DNA from: a virus
Lineage: Duplodnaviria > Caudoviricetes
Reading direction: 5' to 3' (one strand)
Virus record (IMG/VR): IMGVR_UViG_3300017716_003048
Coordinates: 1-28,105 of that record
Length of the DNA: 28,105 nt
This document shows, piece after piece, positions 7,870 through 14,632 of this stretch. Every line of letters begins with the position of its first letter. The stretch's first letter is position 1. Position numbers and translations under genes: made by a program. The notes under the pieces were generated by a model. That model was not told the origin of the DNA. It did no database searches and saw only the letters and a program-made list of their open reading frames with translations.

Positions 7870-7905
7870 CTCGTGCCCCGGATTATTCGTCACGCTTTCG
7901 CGCGC

Positions 7906-8346
7906 TTATTTCTCCGGCTTCACATCGCTTTGCTCGTTGATCGCCATCGCTGGCGAAATCTCCACGACAAGCCTCGGCTCGTCGCTCCAGAACTTTCTGA
8001 CCGTGAGGTCGACAACCTGCACATCGTCGCGCCAGCAGACGCCGTTGAGGGCGTCCATGGTCAGCTTCGCGAGGTTGTCACCATCGGGTTTCTTCGTGGG
8101 GCGCTCGACGCCCGCGAGCATCGCGGCGCGCGCCTTCTTGGTCGCTGACTTCGGGATGCGCAGGTGTGCGGTGAGGCGCACGTCAACCGGGCCTTCAATG
8201 ATGCGCGCGCCCGCCTCAATGGCCCACGCGGCAACGGCCTGCTTCTCGCTGCGCGTCTTGGTGTCGGTGAAGAACCGCGCGCCGGAAGTGCGGGCGCGAG
8301 CCCAGCCGCGCGGCTCGCCTGGCACGGTGAACCAGAGGCGCGTCAT
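7906..8346 (-). CDS. rusA: RusA-family Holliday junction resolvase
   Basis: FTVPGEP...RAR and KKPDGDNLAKLTMDALNGVCWRDDVQVV signature. Confidence 0.92.
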   Translation of the reverse strand: MTRLWFTVPGEPRGWARARTSGARFFTDTKTRSEKQAVAAWAIEAGARIIEGPVDVRLTAHLRIPKSATKKARAAMLAGVERPTKKPDGDNLAKLTMDALNGVCWRDDVQVVDLTVRKFWSDEPRLVVEISPAMAINEQSDVKPEK

Positions 8347-8359
8347 GCGCACCCCCGCG

Positions 8360-8387
8360 AATAAAAGGCCCGCGCTTGCGCACGGGC
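8360..8387 (-). terminator. Intrinsic terminator immediately upstream of rusA
   Basis: Minus strand GCCCGTGC-GCAA-GCGCGGGC-CTTTTATT (GNRA tetraloop plus U tract). Confidence 0.7.
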
Positions 8388-8420
8388 AGTCCCGACCGGA
8401 CCACGGACGGGGTTAAGGGT

Positions 8421-8499
8421 CAGCAGCCGGGCGTTGGGGTCCGGGGGGGATTGGGGCGCCCGGCTGCTGTTCGCGCCCGTGTTGGGGGGCAGGCGCGAA
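8421..8499 (-). ncRNA. Candidate structured RNA: two abutting hairpins with C-rich (CCCCAA) loops
   Basis: Perfect 13-bp stem at 8421-8433/8457-8469 and 8-bp stem at 8470-8477/8492-8499. The loops contain TTGGGG (+ strand) three times. Confidence 0.45.
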
Positions 8500-8539
8500 T
8501 TCAAATTTCCGAAAATTGTGCGATACCGTACCGAGGCCC

Positions 8540-8567
8540 TTGACCCTGCGCGCAGCGGCGGTAATTT
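8540..8567 (+). promoter_or_regulatory. Putative sigma70 promoter for the lone + strand gene (pRE-like position)
   Basis: TTGACC-16 nt-TAATTT, about 30 nt upstream of GTG 8598. Confidence 0.45.
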
Positions 8568-8597
8568 GTCACCCGTTTTGGGGATATAGGGGGCCAA

Positions 8598-8846
8598 GTG
8601 GCTGAATTTGTTGAGGGTATTGGGCGCTACGTCTATGACGCGGCGAAGGGAACCGTTGCGACCGTGATGACGCGCCGGGACGCGAACGGACACGCCACGG
8701 AAACCGTCACGCACATCACCACGGTGCAGATATTCCTCGCGTGGTGCGCAGCCATGCGTGAGGTCGAGGGCGACATCATGCGCCACCAGGCACGACAGAA
8801 CGTCGTGGAACTTGGCGACTTCAGGCGCGTTGCTGAAAGCGAATAG
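8598..8846 (+). CDS. Hypothetical 82-aa protein, convergent with cro
   Basis: AGGGGG SD before GTG. Globular-looking sequence with a NVVELGDFRR tail. Stops 2 nt from the cro stop codon. Confidence 0.65.
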   Translation: MAEFVEGIGRYVYDAAKGTVATVMTRRDANGHATETVTHITTVQIFLAWCAAMREVEGDIMRHQARQNVVELGDFRRVAESE

Positions 8847-8848
8847 GG

Positions 8849-9061
8849 TCATTGCGCGCGCTCGCGCTGCAACTCGGCCTCTAGCTTTGCGAGGCGCTTG
8901 GCGCACGCGTCCATCGTGTCGGGGAACATGCGTGACCCATTCTTGAGATCATCAAGACGGCCGCTGTCCAGAAACACCTTCCGGGAGACGGTGCTGCGCG
9001 CGAGGCCCGTGACCTTGGCATAGGCCTCCGCGCGCGTTACGAGTTGCTTCAGTTGGGTCAT
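8849..9061 (-). CDS. Cro-like HTH regulator (probably leaderless)
   Basis: AEAYAKVTGLARSTVSRKVFLDSGRLDDLKNG HTH. Divergent from the repressor. ATG lies about 7 nt after the predicted -10. Confidence 0.85.
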   Translation of the reverse strand: MTQLKQLVTRAEAYAKVTGLARSTVSRKVFLDSGRLDDLKNGSRMFPDTMDACAKRLAKLEAELQRERAQ

Positions 9062-9068
9062 GCCGGAC

Positions 9069-9097
9069 AGATAATGGGACGCTTCCCATTCTGTCAA
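9069..9097 (-). promoter_or_regulatory. Early lytic promoter for cro with an operator in the spacer
   Basis: Minus strand TTGACA-17 nt-TTATCT. The spacer is filled by operator ATGGGAAGCGTCCCAT. Confidence 0.7.
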
Positions 9098-9147
9098 CAG
9101 GATGCTTCCCAATTTCTTTCGAGCGCCCTTCGTGGGACGCCTACCAT
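9074..9147. promoter_or_regulatory. Three operators between cro and the repressor (OR-like)
   Basis: ATGGGACGCTTCCCAT at 9074-9089, ACAGGATGCTTCCCAA at 9097-9112, GTGGGACGCCTACCAT at 9132-9147. Confidence 0.8.
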
Positions 9148-9463
9148 GATGGACCTGCGCGAACGCATACGGACGGAGATGGAAGCGCAGGGGCTCAACC
9201 TGAAATCGCTGAGCCTGAAGGCGCAGCTATCTGAAACCTACGTCCGCGATCTGCTGGAAGGCCGCAGCCAAGACCCGAAACTGTCGAAAATTCAGGCCGT
9301 TGCAGATGCGCTGGGCAAATCACTGGCCTGGCTGACGGAAGGCGAGGACAGCGCCGAGGTAGTGTCCATCCTGCCGAAGCTGGACGCATCGCGCCGCGCG
9401 CAGCTCACCGAATATGCGCGTTTCCTCGCCGCGCAGGCCAAGGCCGACACCAGCAAGAAATAG
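9146..9463 (+). CDS. XRE-family phage repressor (CI-like) lacking an S24 autoprotease domain
   Basis: HTH LNLKSLSLKAQLSETYVRDLLEGRSQDPKLSKIQAVADALGKSLAWLTEG, followed by a short helical C-terminus only (105 aa). Confidence 0.88.
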   Translation: MMDLRERIRTEMEAQGLNLKSLSLKAQLSETYVRDLLEGRSQDPKLSKIQAVADALGKSLAWLTEGEDSAEVVSILPKLDASRRAQLTEYARFLAAQAKADTSKK

Positions 9464-9503
9464 CCAGCCGTCCGATCGCGTTAACGTCTCGTTGGTAAAA
9501 AAG

Positions 9504-9557
9504 ATGGGACGCGTCCCACTTTTGCGCTTGCAATGGGATACGTCCCATGCCTAATTT
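9504..9557 (+). promoter_or_regulatory. Two operators (OL-like) overlapping the rightward early promoter
   Basis: Perfect palindrome TGGGACGCGTCCCA at 9505-9518 and ATGGGATACGTCCCAT at 9533-9548. The second lies between TTGCAA (9528) and TAATTT (9552). Confidence 0.8.
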
Positions 9558-9589
9558 GCTCCTACGCCACGCAGGCAGATGGAGCCAAC

Positions 9590-9877
9590 ATGTACCGCGA
9601 CCACGGACCCCTAAGCGACGCGAACGCAACGCCCTACGCGCCCGCGCCGCGCTTCACGATCACGCAACACGACGAGGCGGGCCGTCAGGTCTACCTCGCG
9701 CTGACCGCCGCAGAAGACGCGCGCATTTACGTCAACCGCATGAGCGACGCGGCTGAACGCGCCGCGCGCTGGCAGGCCACGGACGAACAGCTTGAAAGCG
9801 TGAAGAACGCGGCCGCCGATTGCGAGCGTGCGCTTGCTGCGGCCATCGCGAAGCTGTGCGGCGAGGTGTCAGCATGA
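9590..9877 (+). CDS. Hypothetical early protein (95 aa)
   Basis: GGAG SD before ATG 9590. First gene after the operator-controlled promoter. Confidence 0.75.
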   Translation: MYRDHGPLSDANATPYAPAPRFTITQHDEAGRQVYLALTAAEDARIYVNRMSDAAERAARWQATDEQLESVKNAAADCERALAAAIAKLCGEVSA

Positions 9878-10038
9878 TCCCCCAACTCCAATCCCTCACC
9901 CGCCCCGCCTTCGATCTTGAGCGCCACCTAGCGCGCTCTGCCGAGGTGTCGGCCTTCGATCTCGCGGCGTGGATGCGTCCGCGCCAGCCCATCAACGTGG
10001 TGCGCAGCACATGCGCCAAGCTGCGGCGGCCGATATGA
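9874..10038 (+). CDS. Hypothetical early protein (54 aa)
   Basis: ATGA-coupled at both ends (MIPQLQ...). Confidence 0.65.
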   Translation: MIPQLQSLTRPAFDLERHLARSAEVSAFDLAAWMRPRQPINVVRSTCAKLRRPI

Positions 10039-10217
10039 GCAACGTAATCCCCCTCCGCCCCCACGCGCCCATCGCCATCCCCGCCGACACCATCCGCGCA
10101 GACTGCGAACGCCTGATGCGCCGGCCTGTGCGTGACGGCCGCACGCCGGAACGCGAAATGAGATTGTTGGCCGATCTTCTGGACCACATCATTGTGCGGG
10201 TGGAGGAGCGCCAGTGA
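10035..10217 (+). CDS. Hypothetical early protein (60 aa)
   Basis: MSNVIPLRP start. Coupled to both neighbours. Confidence 0.7.
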   Translation: MSNVIPLRPHAPIAIPADTIRADCERLMRRPVRDGRTPEREMRLLADLLDHIIVRVEERQ

Positions 10218-10330
10218 CCCCCGCCGAAATAGACCGCCTCTATGAAAGCGTCATGCTCGCCGCGCCGATGGCTGCAGTGGGCGTGGTGATGTTCCTGGCG
10301 GTGTGGCTTTGGCCTGTGAGGAAGAGATGA
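10214..10330 (+). CDS. 38-aa single-TM protein (not in the ORF track)
   Basis: GGAGGAG SD and GTG start. MTPAEIDRLYESVMLAAPMAAVGVVMFLAVWLWPVRKR*. 4-nt overlaps on both sides. Confidence 0.7.
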   Translation: MTPAEIDRLYESVMLAAPMAAVGVVMFLAVWLWPVRKR

Positions 10331-10578
10331 CTGAACTAGACCCCCGCGGGCTGGAGGCGGCTGCAAGGGCTGCACGTCTCGCTGCGCTAGAGGAAGCCGC
10401 AGTCATCGCTGAAACGTGGTTCGATCATCACCGCCCGCAGCAGCCGAAGAAATCGCGCTTCGACATTTACGATATTGAGCACTGGGCGAAATCGGCAACG
10501 CGCCTTGTCGCTGAAGATATCCGCGCACGCGCCATGATCGACGCCGCCCCTCCAGCAGCACAGGACCCCCGCCCATGA
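10327..10578 (+). CDS. Hypothetical early protein (83 aa)
   Basis: GAGGA SD, MTELDPRG start and ALEEAA..AE motif. Coupled to neighbours. Confidence 0.7.
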   Translation: MTELDPRGLEAAARAARLAALEEAAVIAETWFDHHRPQQPKKSRFDIYDIEHWAKSATRLVAEDIRARAMIDAAPPAAQDPRP

Positions 10579-11009
10579 GCACGACGAGTGATCTTGCGAA
10601 ACGGCTGGATGGAATGTTCGTCCGCTTCGCCACAGAGACGGAGGACGAGGCAGCGATCCGGCGTGTAGCTACCGCGCGTGAGGCTGCAAAGCACATCGAC
10701 GAGCTGGAGCGGGAGAATGCGAGGCTGAAGACGCCCGAGTGGTTCTACAACGCCGACGATGGCGAATACACTTACGGCGATGTGAACGATGTTGCCGAAG
10801 ACATGGACCGCGAAGGCGTCATGCGTGTTGGCGGCGCGCGTGAGGTATGGAAGAAATGGGCTGCGGTTCGCTGTGTCGCGCTCGACGCTGACGGCGACGT
10901 GGACGAAACCGAAATCCACACTTTCGACACCGAAGCGGAAGCCCTGCGCTGCTGGCCTGAAAGCTTCGCAGCCGCCCGAGCAGCACTAGCGGGGAGCGGG
11001 GAGAAGTGA
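10575..11009 (+). CDS. Hypothetical acidic early protein (144 aa)
   Basis: Coupled ORF with a short coiled coil (IDELERENARLK) and an acidic domain. Confidence 0.75.
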   Translation: MSTTSDLAKRLDGMFVRFATETEDEAAIRRVATAREAAKHIDELERENARLKTPEWFYNADDGEYTYGDVNDVAEDMDREGVMRVGGAREVWKKWAAVRCVALDADGDVDETEIHTFDTEAEALRCWPESFAAARAALAGSGEK

Positions 11010-11335
11010 GCCTTGTAAAGACAGAGGCAGTCGCCGCCCTTCTCGACGTGGACCCCAAGACGGTTCGCGCCCTTGTGGACGCTGGCTCCCTGCGCGCGGT
11101 AAGGATTGGTAAACGATGCCTCCGCTTTGATCCCGCAGACGTTGAAGCCTTCATCGCACAGGCCAAAGCATGTCCGTCTACCCAAAGGGCCGATACTGGC
11201 ATTACGACTTCGTCTACAAAGGGCGGCGTTACCATGGCTCGACCGGCCAGGAGACGCGCCGCAGCGCTGAAGCCGTGGAGCGAGCGCGCAGACTTGAAGC
11301 CGCGACCGGCACGGGTCAGGACGCCGGCGATCTGA
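11006..11335 (+). CDS. xis: Excisionase / recombination directionality factor (HTH_17-like)
   Basis: EAVAALLDVDPKTVRALVDAGSLRAVRIGKRCLRFDPADVEAFI. Lies directly upstream of int and overlaps it. Confidence 0.85.
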   Translation: MSLVKTEAVAALLDVDPKTVRALVDAGSLRAVRIGKRCLRFDPADVEAFIAQAKACPSTQRADTGITTSSTKGGVTMARPARRRAAALKPWSERADLKPRPARVRTPAI

Positions 11336-12171
11336 CACTAGAGATTGCCGTCAGCCGCTACTATGACGAGGTCAACCACACGCTTAACGCCGCCGTGGAC
11401 CTGCAAAGGCGCATTGATGTCGTGCTGGACTGCGTCGGCAAGGGCAAGCTGCTGCGCGAGATCGACACCGCAGCCATAGCAGACGCCATCAGGCGGCGCC
11501 GCAAGTATCCGGGCCGCACGCCCGCCCCCGCCACGATCAACCGCGACCTGATTGACCACACGCTAAGGCCCCTGCTGAACCGCGCGCGGAAGGTGTGGGG
11601 CGCGAAATCCCTGCCCGCGATCGACTGGCGGGCTGTGCGGTTGAAGGAGCCGAAGGGCATTGTGCGGGAATACAGCGAGGCAGAAATCAACGCGTGGCGC
11701 GACGGGCTGGAGCCTGTGCCCCGCCTCGCGCTGGATCTGATGCTGACCTATGGCCTGCGCTTCGGGGAGCTGTTCTTCACGGCCGCAGACGTGGACGGCG
11801 TCGGCGCCCGCCTCACCCTGCGCAACCGCAAGGCGGGGGACACGCTGACCATCCCCCTGATGCCCGAACACGCCCGCACGCTGGCCGCAATGGCATCGAC
11901 GCGCCAGGCTGACGAGACGGTGTTCGGGTACAGCTATTGGGGACTGATGAGCCGCCTTCGCACGACAGCGGCCAAGGCAGGGCTAGGGGCGCGTGCGATC
12001 CACGGGGCGCGCCACCATGCGGCGACGACGCTGCTACGCTCCACGGGCAACCTGAAGCTCACCCAGCGCATGCTGGGCCACGCCTCGATACAGTCCACCA
12101 TGCGCTACGCCCACGCGACCGAGAACGATCTGCGGGATGCGCTCACCACCATGCACAAGGCGCGGAAATGA
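11170..12171 (+). CDS. int: Tyrosine integrase
   Basis: N-terminal arm-binding-like domain (YWHYDFVYKGRRYHGSTG). Catalytic R (GLRFGE), K (RKAG), HxxR (HGARH), LGH and Y (MRYAH). Confidence 0.95.
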   Translation: MSVYPKGRYWHYDFVYKGRRYHGSTGQETRRSAEAVERARRLEAATGTGQDAGDLTLEIAVSRYYDEVNHTLNAAVDLQRRIDVVLDCVGKGKLLREIDTAAIADAIRRRRKYPGRTPAPATINRDLIDHTLRPLLNRARKVWGAKSLPAIDWRAVRLKEPKGIVREYSEAEINAWRDGLEPVPRLALDLMLTYGLRFGELFFTAADVDGVGARLTLRNRKAGDTLTIPLMPEHARTLAAMASTRQADETVFGYSYWGLMSRLRTTAAKAGLGARAIHGARHHAATTLLRSTGNLKLTQRMLGHASIQSTMRYAHATENDLRDALTTMHKARK

Positions 12172-12188
12172 ACGCCTCGGCAACACGC

Positions 12189-12437
12189 TTCGGGACATGT
12201 TCGGGGATTTCGGTTCCGCTGGAGGGTGTCGTATTCCCTCTGTTCCCCGAACGGGGTTCGGGTGTCACGCGAAGGACTGGCGGAAAACCGTTGAATTTGC
12301 GAGGTTTCGAGAATTGCGGGCGTGGTGGAATTGGTAGACACAGCAGACTTAAAATCTGGTTGGTCACACCACGCGGAGCCTTTGTTTGCAGGCGTTTCCG
12401 GCTTTCCGCGTTTTCGACTTCGGGACTATTTCGGGAG
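12189..12437. other. attP region with arm-type repeats flanking the core
   Basis: Tandem TTCGGG(A/G) pairs at 12189/12200 and 12419/12430, both 11 bp apart. Extra copies near 12243 (inverted) and 12257. The tRNA-derived core lies between them. Confidence 0.8.
12316..12358 (+). tRNA. 5' half fragment of tRNA-Leu(TAA), forming the attP identity block (not a complete tRNA)
   Basis: GCGGGCG-TG-GTGGAATTGGTAGACAC-A-GCAGA-CTTAAAA-TCTG gives the acceptor 5' strand, a Leu-type D arm and an anticodon arm with TAA. No variable arm, T arm or 3' acceptor strand follows. Confidence 0.88.
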
Positions 12438-12532
12438 ATGCCTTCAAAGCCGCCCCAACACCACAGCAAACCACACCAGCGCGCTTGCGCCTGAGATTGC
12501 CAGCAACAGCGTCTTGAAGAATGGCATGTACC

Positions 12533-12727
12533 TCATTGCCGCACATGCACCCGGATCACCCGTTCAGGGTAGAACCGCCCGCCAGCTTCGACGAGACATT
12601 GCCCGTCGCGATAGCTCACACGCAGGCCGCTATCAGCCCAGCGCGCCGCGCAGTCATGCGCATGGCCGGCCACAAACACCCACGCGCCAACAGCCCCGGC
12701 GACACACAGCGCGACAGCGCCGAGCAT
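12533..12727 (-). CDS. Small N-terminally anchored membrane/periplasmic protein (64 aa)
   Basis: MLGAVALCVAGAVGAWVFVAG hydrophobic N-terminus, with two further Cys in the soluble part. Start uncertain. Confidence 0.55.
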   Translation of the reverse strand: MLGAVALCVAGAVGAWVFVAGHAHDCAARWADSGLRVSYRDGQCLVEAGGRFYPERVIRVHVRQ

Positions 12728-12756
12728 CGCCGGGTTCGTTACACGTACCTGCAAGG

Positions 12757-12993
12757 TTAGCTGAACTTCGGCCGCAGCGACCAGAGCATGTGCCAGACGA
12801 TGAGCCACACCGCATACAGCGCGAGGCCGTCGAGGATGGTGTCCAGCCCGATGGATTTGTCATCGAACGGGTTCAGGCCGATCAGGCGAACGCCGACCAG
12901 CCAGGTGACGATTGCAACGTAGAAGAACCGGCGAACATTCATCCAGTTCACGGCGCCCCCCTTGCTTGTGATTTCCAGCCCGAGAATGTTCAC
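12757..12993 (-). CDS. Two-TM membrane protein, holin/antiholin candidate (78 aa)
   Basis: AGGAG SD before GTG 12993. TMs FFYVAIVTWLVGVRLIGL and ILDGLALYAVWLIVWHMLW, with a basic C-terminus. Confidence 0.65.
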   Translation of the reverse strand: MNILGLEITSKGGAVNWMNVRRFFYVAIVTWLVGVRLIGLNPFDDKSIGLDTILDGLALYAVWLIVWHMLWSLRPKFS

Positions 12994-13003
12994 GTCAAGT
13001 CTC

Positions 13004-13279
13004 CTATGTTTTGCAAATGGCGGCATCAAACGCCGGAGGCCGCTTCTCCGGACAAGCGCAAAAGATCGCGTTGTTATGGTCCCCGATTGCTTCTGCGGTC
13101 GGGAGCGTCAGCACGTCGCCGCGCGAGATCAGGATCGGCGTCCCCGTGGTGCAGAGCGCCTCTTTCCAGATCGCCCCGCTAGTCGCGGAAATGATATTCG
13201 GGGAGGCTTTTGGTTCCGTCTGGCAGCTCGACAACAGCGGTATGGCTGCGCACAGCGTCAGCCTCGCGAACGACTTCAT
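13004..13279 (-). CDS. o-spanin (Rz1-like outer-membrane lipoprotein)
   Basis: Lipoprotein signal MKSFARLTLCAAIPLLSS-C with a Cys-rich mature part. Overlaps the i-spanin 3' end by 101 nt in another frame. Confidence 0.85.
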   Translation of the reverse strand: MKSFARLTLCAAIPLLSSCQTEPKASPNIISATSGAIWKEALCTTGTPILISRGDVLTLPTAEAIGDHNNAIFCACPEKRPPAFDAAICKT

Positions 13280-13481
13280 TGGTGTTTTCCGTGATCTGGG
13301 TGAGGACTTCTGACTCTACTTGCGCGGCTTCAATGTCGCGCGCGTCGTTCACTTCCCTGCGGATGCGCTTGTCGTGTTGCGACAGCAGGAACTTGCCGGT
13401 CAGCGCCATCATGAACAGCGCGCCGCACCACAGGAGCGCGGTGCGCGCCCACTGTGGCAGGCCCATCCATAGCGCAATCAT
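13179..13481 (-). CDS. i-spanin (Rz-like)
   Basis: N-terminal TM followed by a helical periplasmic segment. ATGA-coupled to the endolysin and overlapped by the lipoprotein gene. Confidence 0.8.
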   Translation of the reverse strand: MIALWMGLPQWARTALLWCGALFMMALTGKFLLSQHDKRIRREVNDARDIEAAQVESEVLTQITENTNEVVREADAVRSHTAVVELPDGTKSLPEYHFRD

Positions 13482-14632
13482 TTGAGAGGCCGCGTGGCTT
13501 TGCGTTCGCCCCAATGCTGCACGGCTTCCCCGATCACCATGACCATGAAGCCGGAGAACATCTCCATCACGAGCGGATCAGAAACAGCGCCAAGAACCGC
13601 GTTACTGCCAGTCTTGAGCATCCAGACACGGCCCGCCACAACCAGGAGAAGGCCCCAAAATCGGCGGGAGTAGATCATCGACTTGGCATTGGACGACCAC
13701 TCCTCCGACTTTCTCGCAGCGTCTACAGCGCCGGTCTGTTGGCCGATGGGAACGGGCGGGTCAGGGAGCTTCGGAGGCGGCGCAGGCTTGGGCGTAGTCG
13801 GCGGGGAGGCAATAACAATCCCCCCCGCCGTAGCCGGCGCAGGACCACGCAGCGCCGGTTTCTCGATGGGAGCAGACACCAGCGGAGGGTTGGGCTGGGG
13901 GGCTTCCTTCTCCGCTGGTTCCGCCTCGCCTGTCGCCGGCACGGCTTCAGGCTCAGCCTTTTTCGCGATCAGCTCTGACCACGGTTTCTTGATGGTGGAT
14001 GACGTGTCGGGCGGCTTCGACGTGTCGAGCCGCGCACGCATGAGGGTGTCCTCAAGCGACGTGCTTTCGTTCGGGTCGATCTGCCCGCCTTCGGTGACTT
14101 GCAGCTTGATGACCGAGATGCTGCAAGCGTTCTCCCACGGCAGATCGCAGAACAGGCACGCCTCGGCCAGCCTTCGCCGGTACAGGCCCTTGAGCGGGAT
14201 GCCCGCAGCGCGGCAGTTGCGGGGGAACTGCAACAGCGCAGAGCCGTAGCTGCCTGGCGTCATCACCTTGCCCGCGTCCGTCACGCCGCCATTCAAGCAG
14301 GCCTTTAACGATTTCGGGATGTACCCGAGATTAAACGCCAGCGACGTCAGGGCATCCATTTCCCCCTGCGTCAACGGAACCGTGATCTGATCACGCACAA
14401 TCTGCGCATGGCTCGCCACGTCCTCGTCAAGCAGCGCGTCGGCTTCAGCGAGCGTAATGCGCTTGCCCACGACAGCTACAGGCCCCGTGCGGCCGTAACC
14501 AATCGTGGGGATGCCGATAGGGTCGAGGTAGCCGGTAAGGCTCAGGCCCTCGAAATGCCGTATGAGGTCAACCGCCGCGCGCGACGGGTACAGCTCACTC
14601 GGCGGCCTTCGGCGTAGTATCTCGATTGCCAT
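13478..14632 (-). CDS. GH24 lysozyme endolysin with Pro-rich linker and C-terminal 2-TM holin-like domain
   Basis: E-x8-D-x5-T triad (FEGLSLTGYLDPIGIPTIGYG) and GLYRRRLAEACLF. C-terminal SRRFWGLLLVVAG...FSGFMVMVIG...WGERKATRPLK. GGAGG SD before ATG 14632. Confidence 0.9.
   Translation of the reverse strand: MAIEILRRRPPSELYPSRAAVDLIRHFEGLSLTGYLDPIGIPTIGYGRTGPVAVVGKRITLAEADALLDEDVASHAQIVRDQITVPLTQGEMDALTSLAFNLGYIPKSLKACLNGGVTDAGKVMTPGSYGSALLQFPRNCRAAGIPLKGLYRRRLAEACLFCDLPWENACSISVIKLQVTEGGQIDPNESTSLEDTLMRARLDTSKPPDTSSTIKKPWSELIAKKAEPEAVPATGEAEPAEKEAPQPNPPLVSAPIEKPALRGPAPATAGGIVIASPPTTPKPAPPPKLPDPPVPIGQQTGAVDAARKSEEWSSNAKSMIYSRRFWGLLLVVAGRVWMLKTGSNAVLGAVSDPLVMEMFSGFMVMVIGEAVQHWGERKATRPLK

Noticed and set aside
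8343-8906. 187-aa minus-strand ORF as a cII-like gene
   Set aside because: Runs through the hairpins and terminator and lies antisense to the better-supported 82-aa gene. No HTH.
9481-9495. CtrA box downstream of the repressor
   Set aside because: Only one TTAA half-site. The second half (TTGG) does not match TTAA-N7-TTAA.
12316-12400. Complete or intron-split phage tRNA-Leu gene
   Set aside because: No T arm with a matching 3' acceptor strand (CGCCCGC-CCA) follows. The anticodon loop is intact, and no 3' half was seen nearby.
12322-13182. 286-aa + strand ORF starting in the att core
   Set aside because: Begins inside the tRNA fragment and runs antisense to lysis genes, with low-complexity translation.
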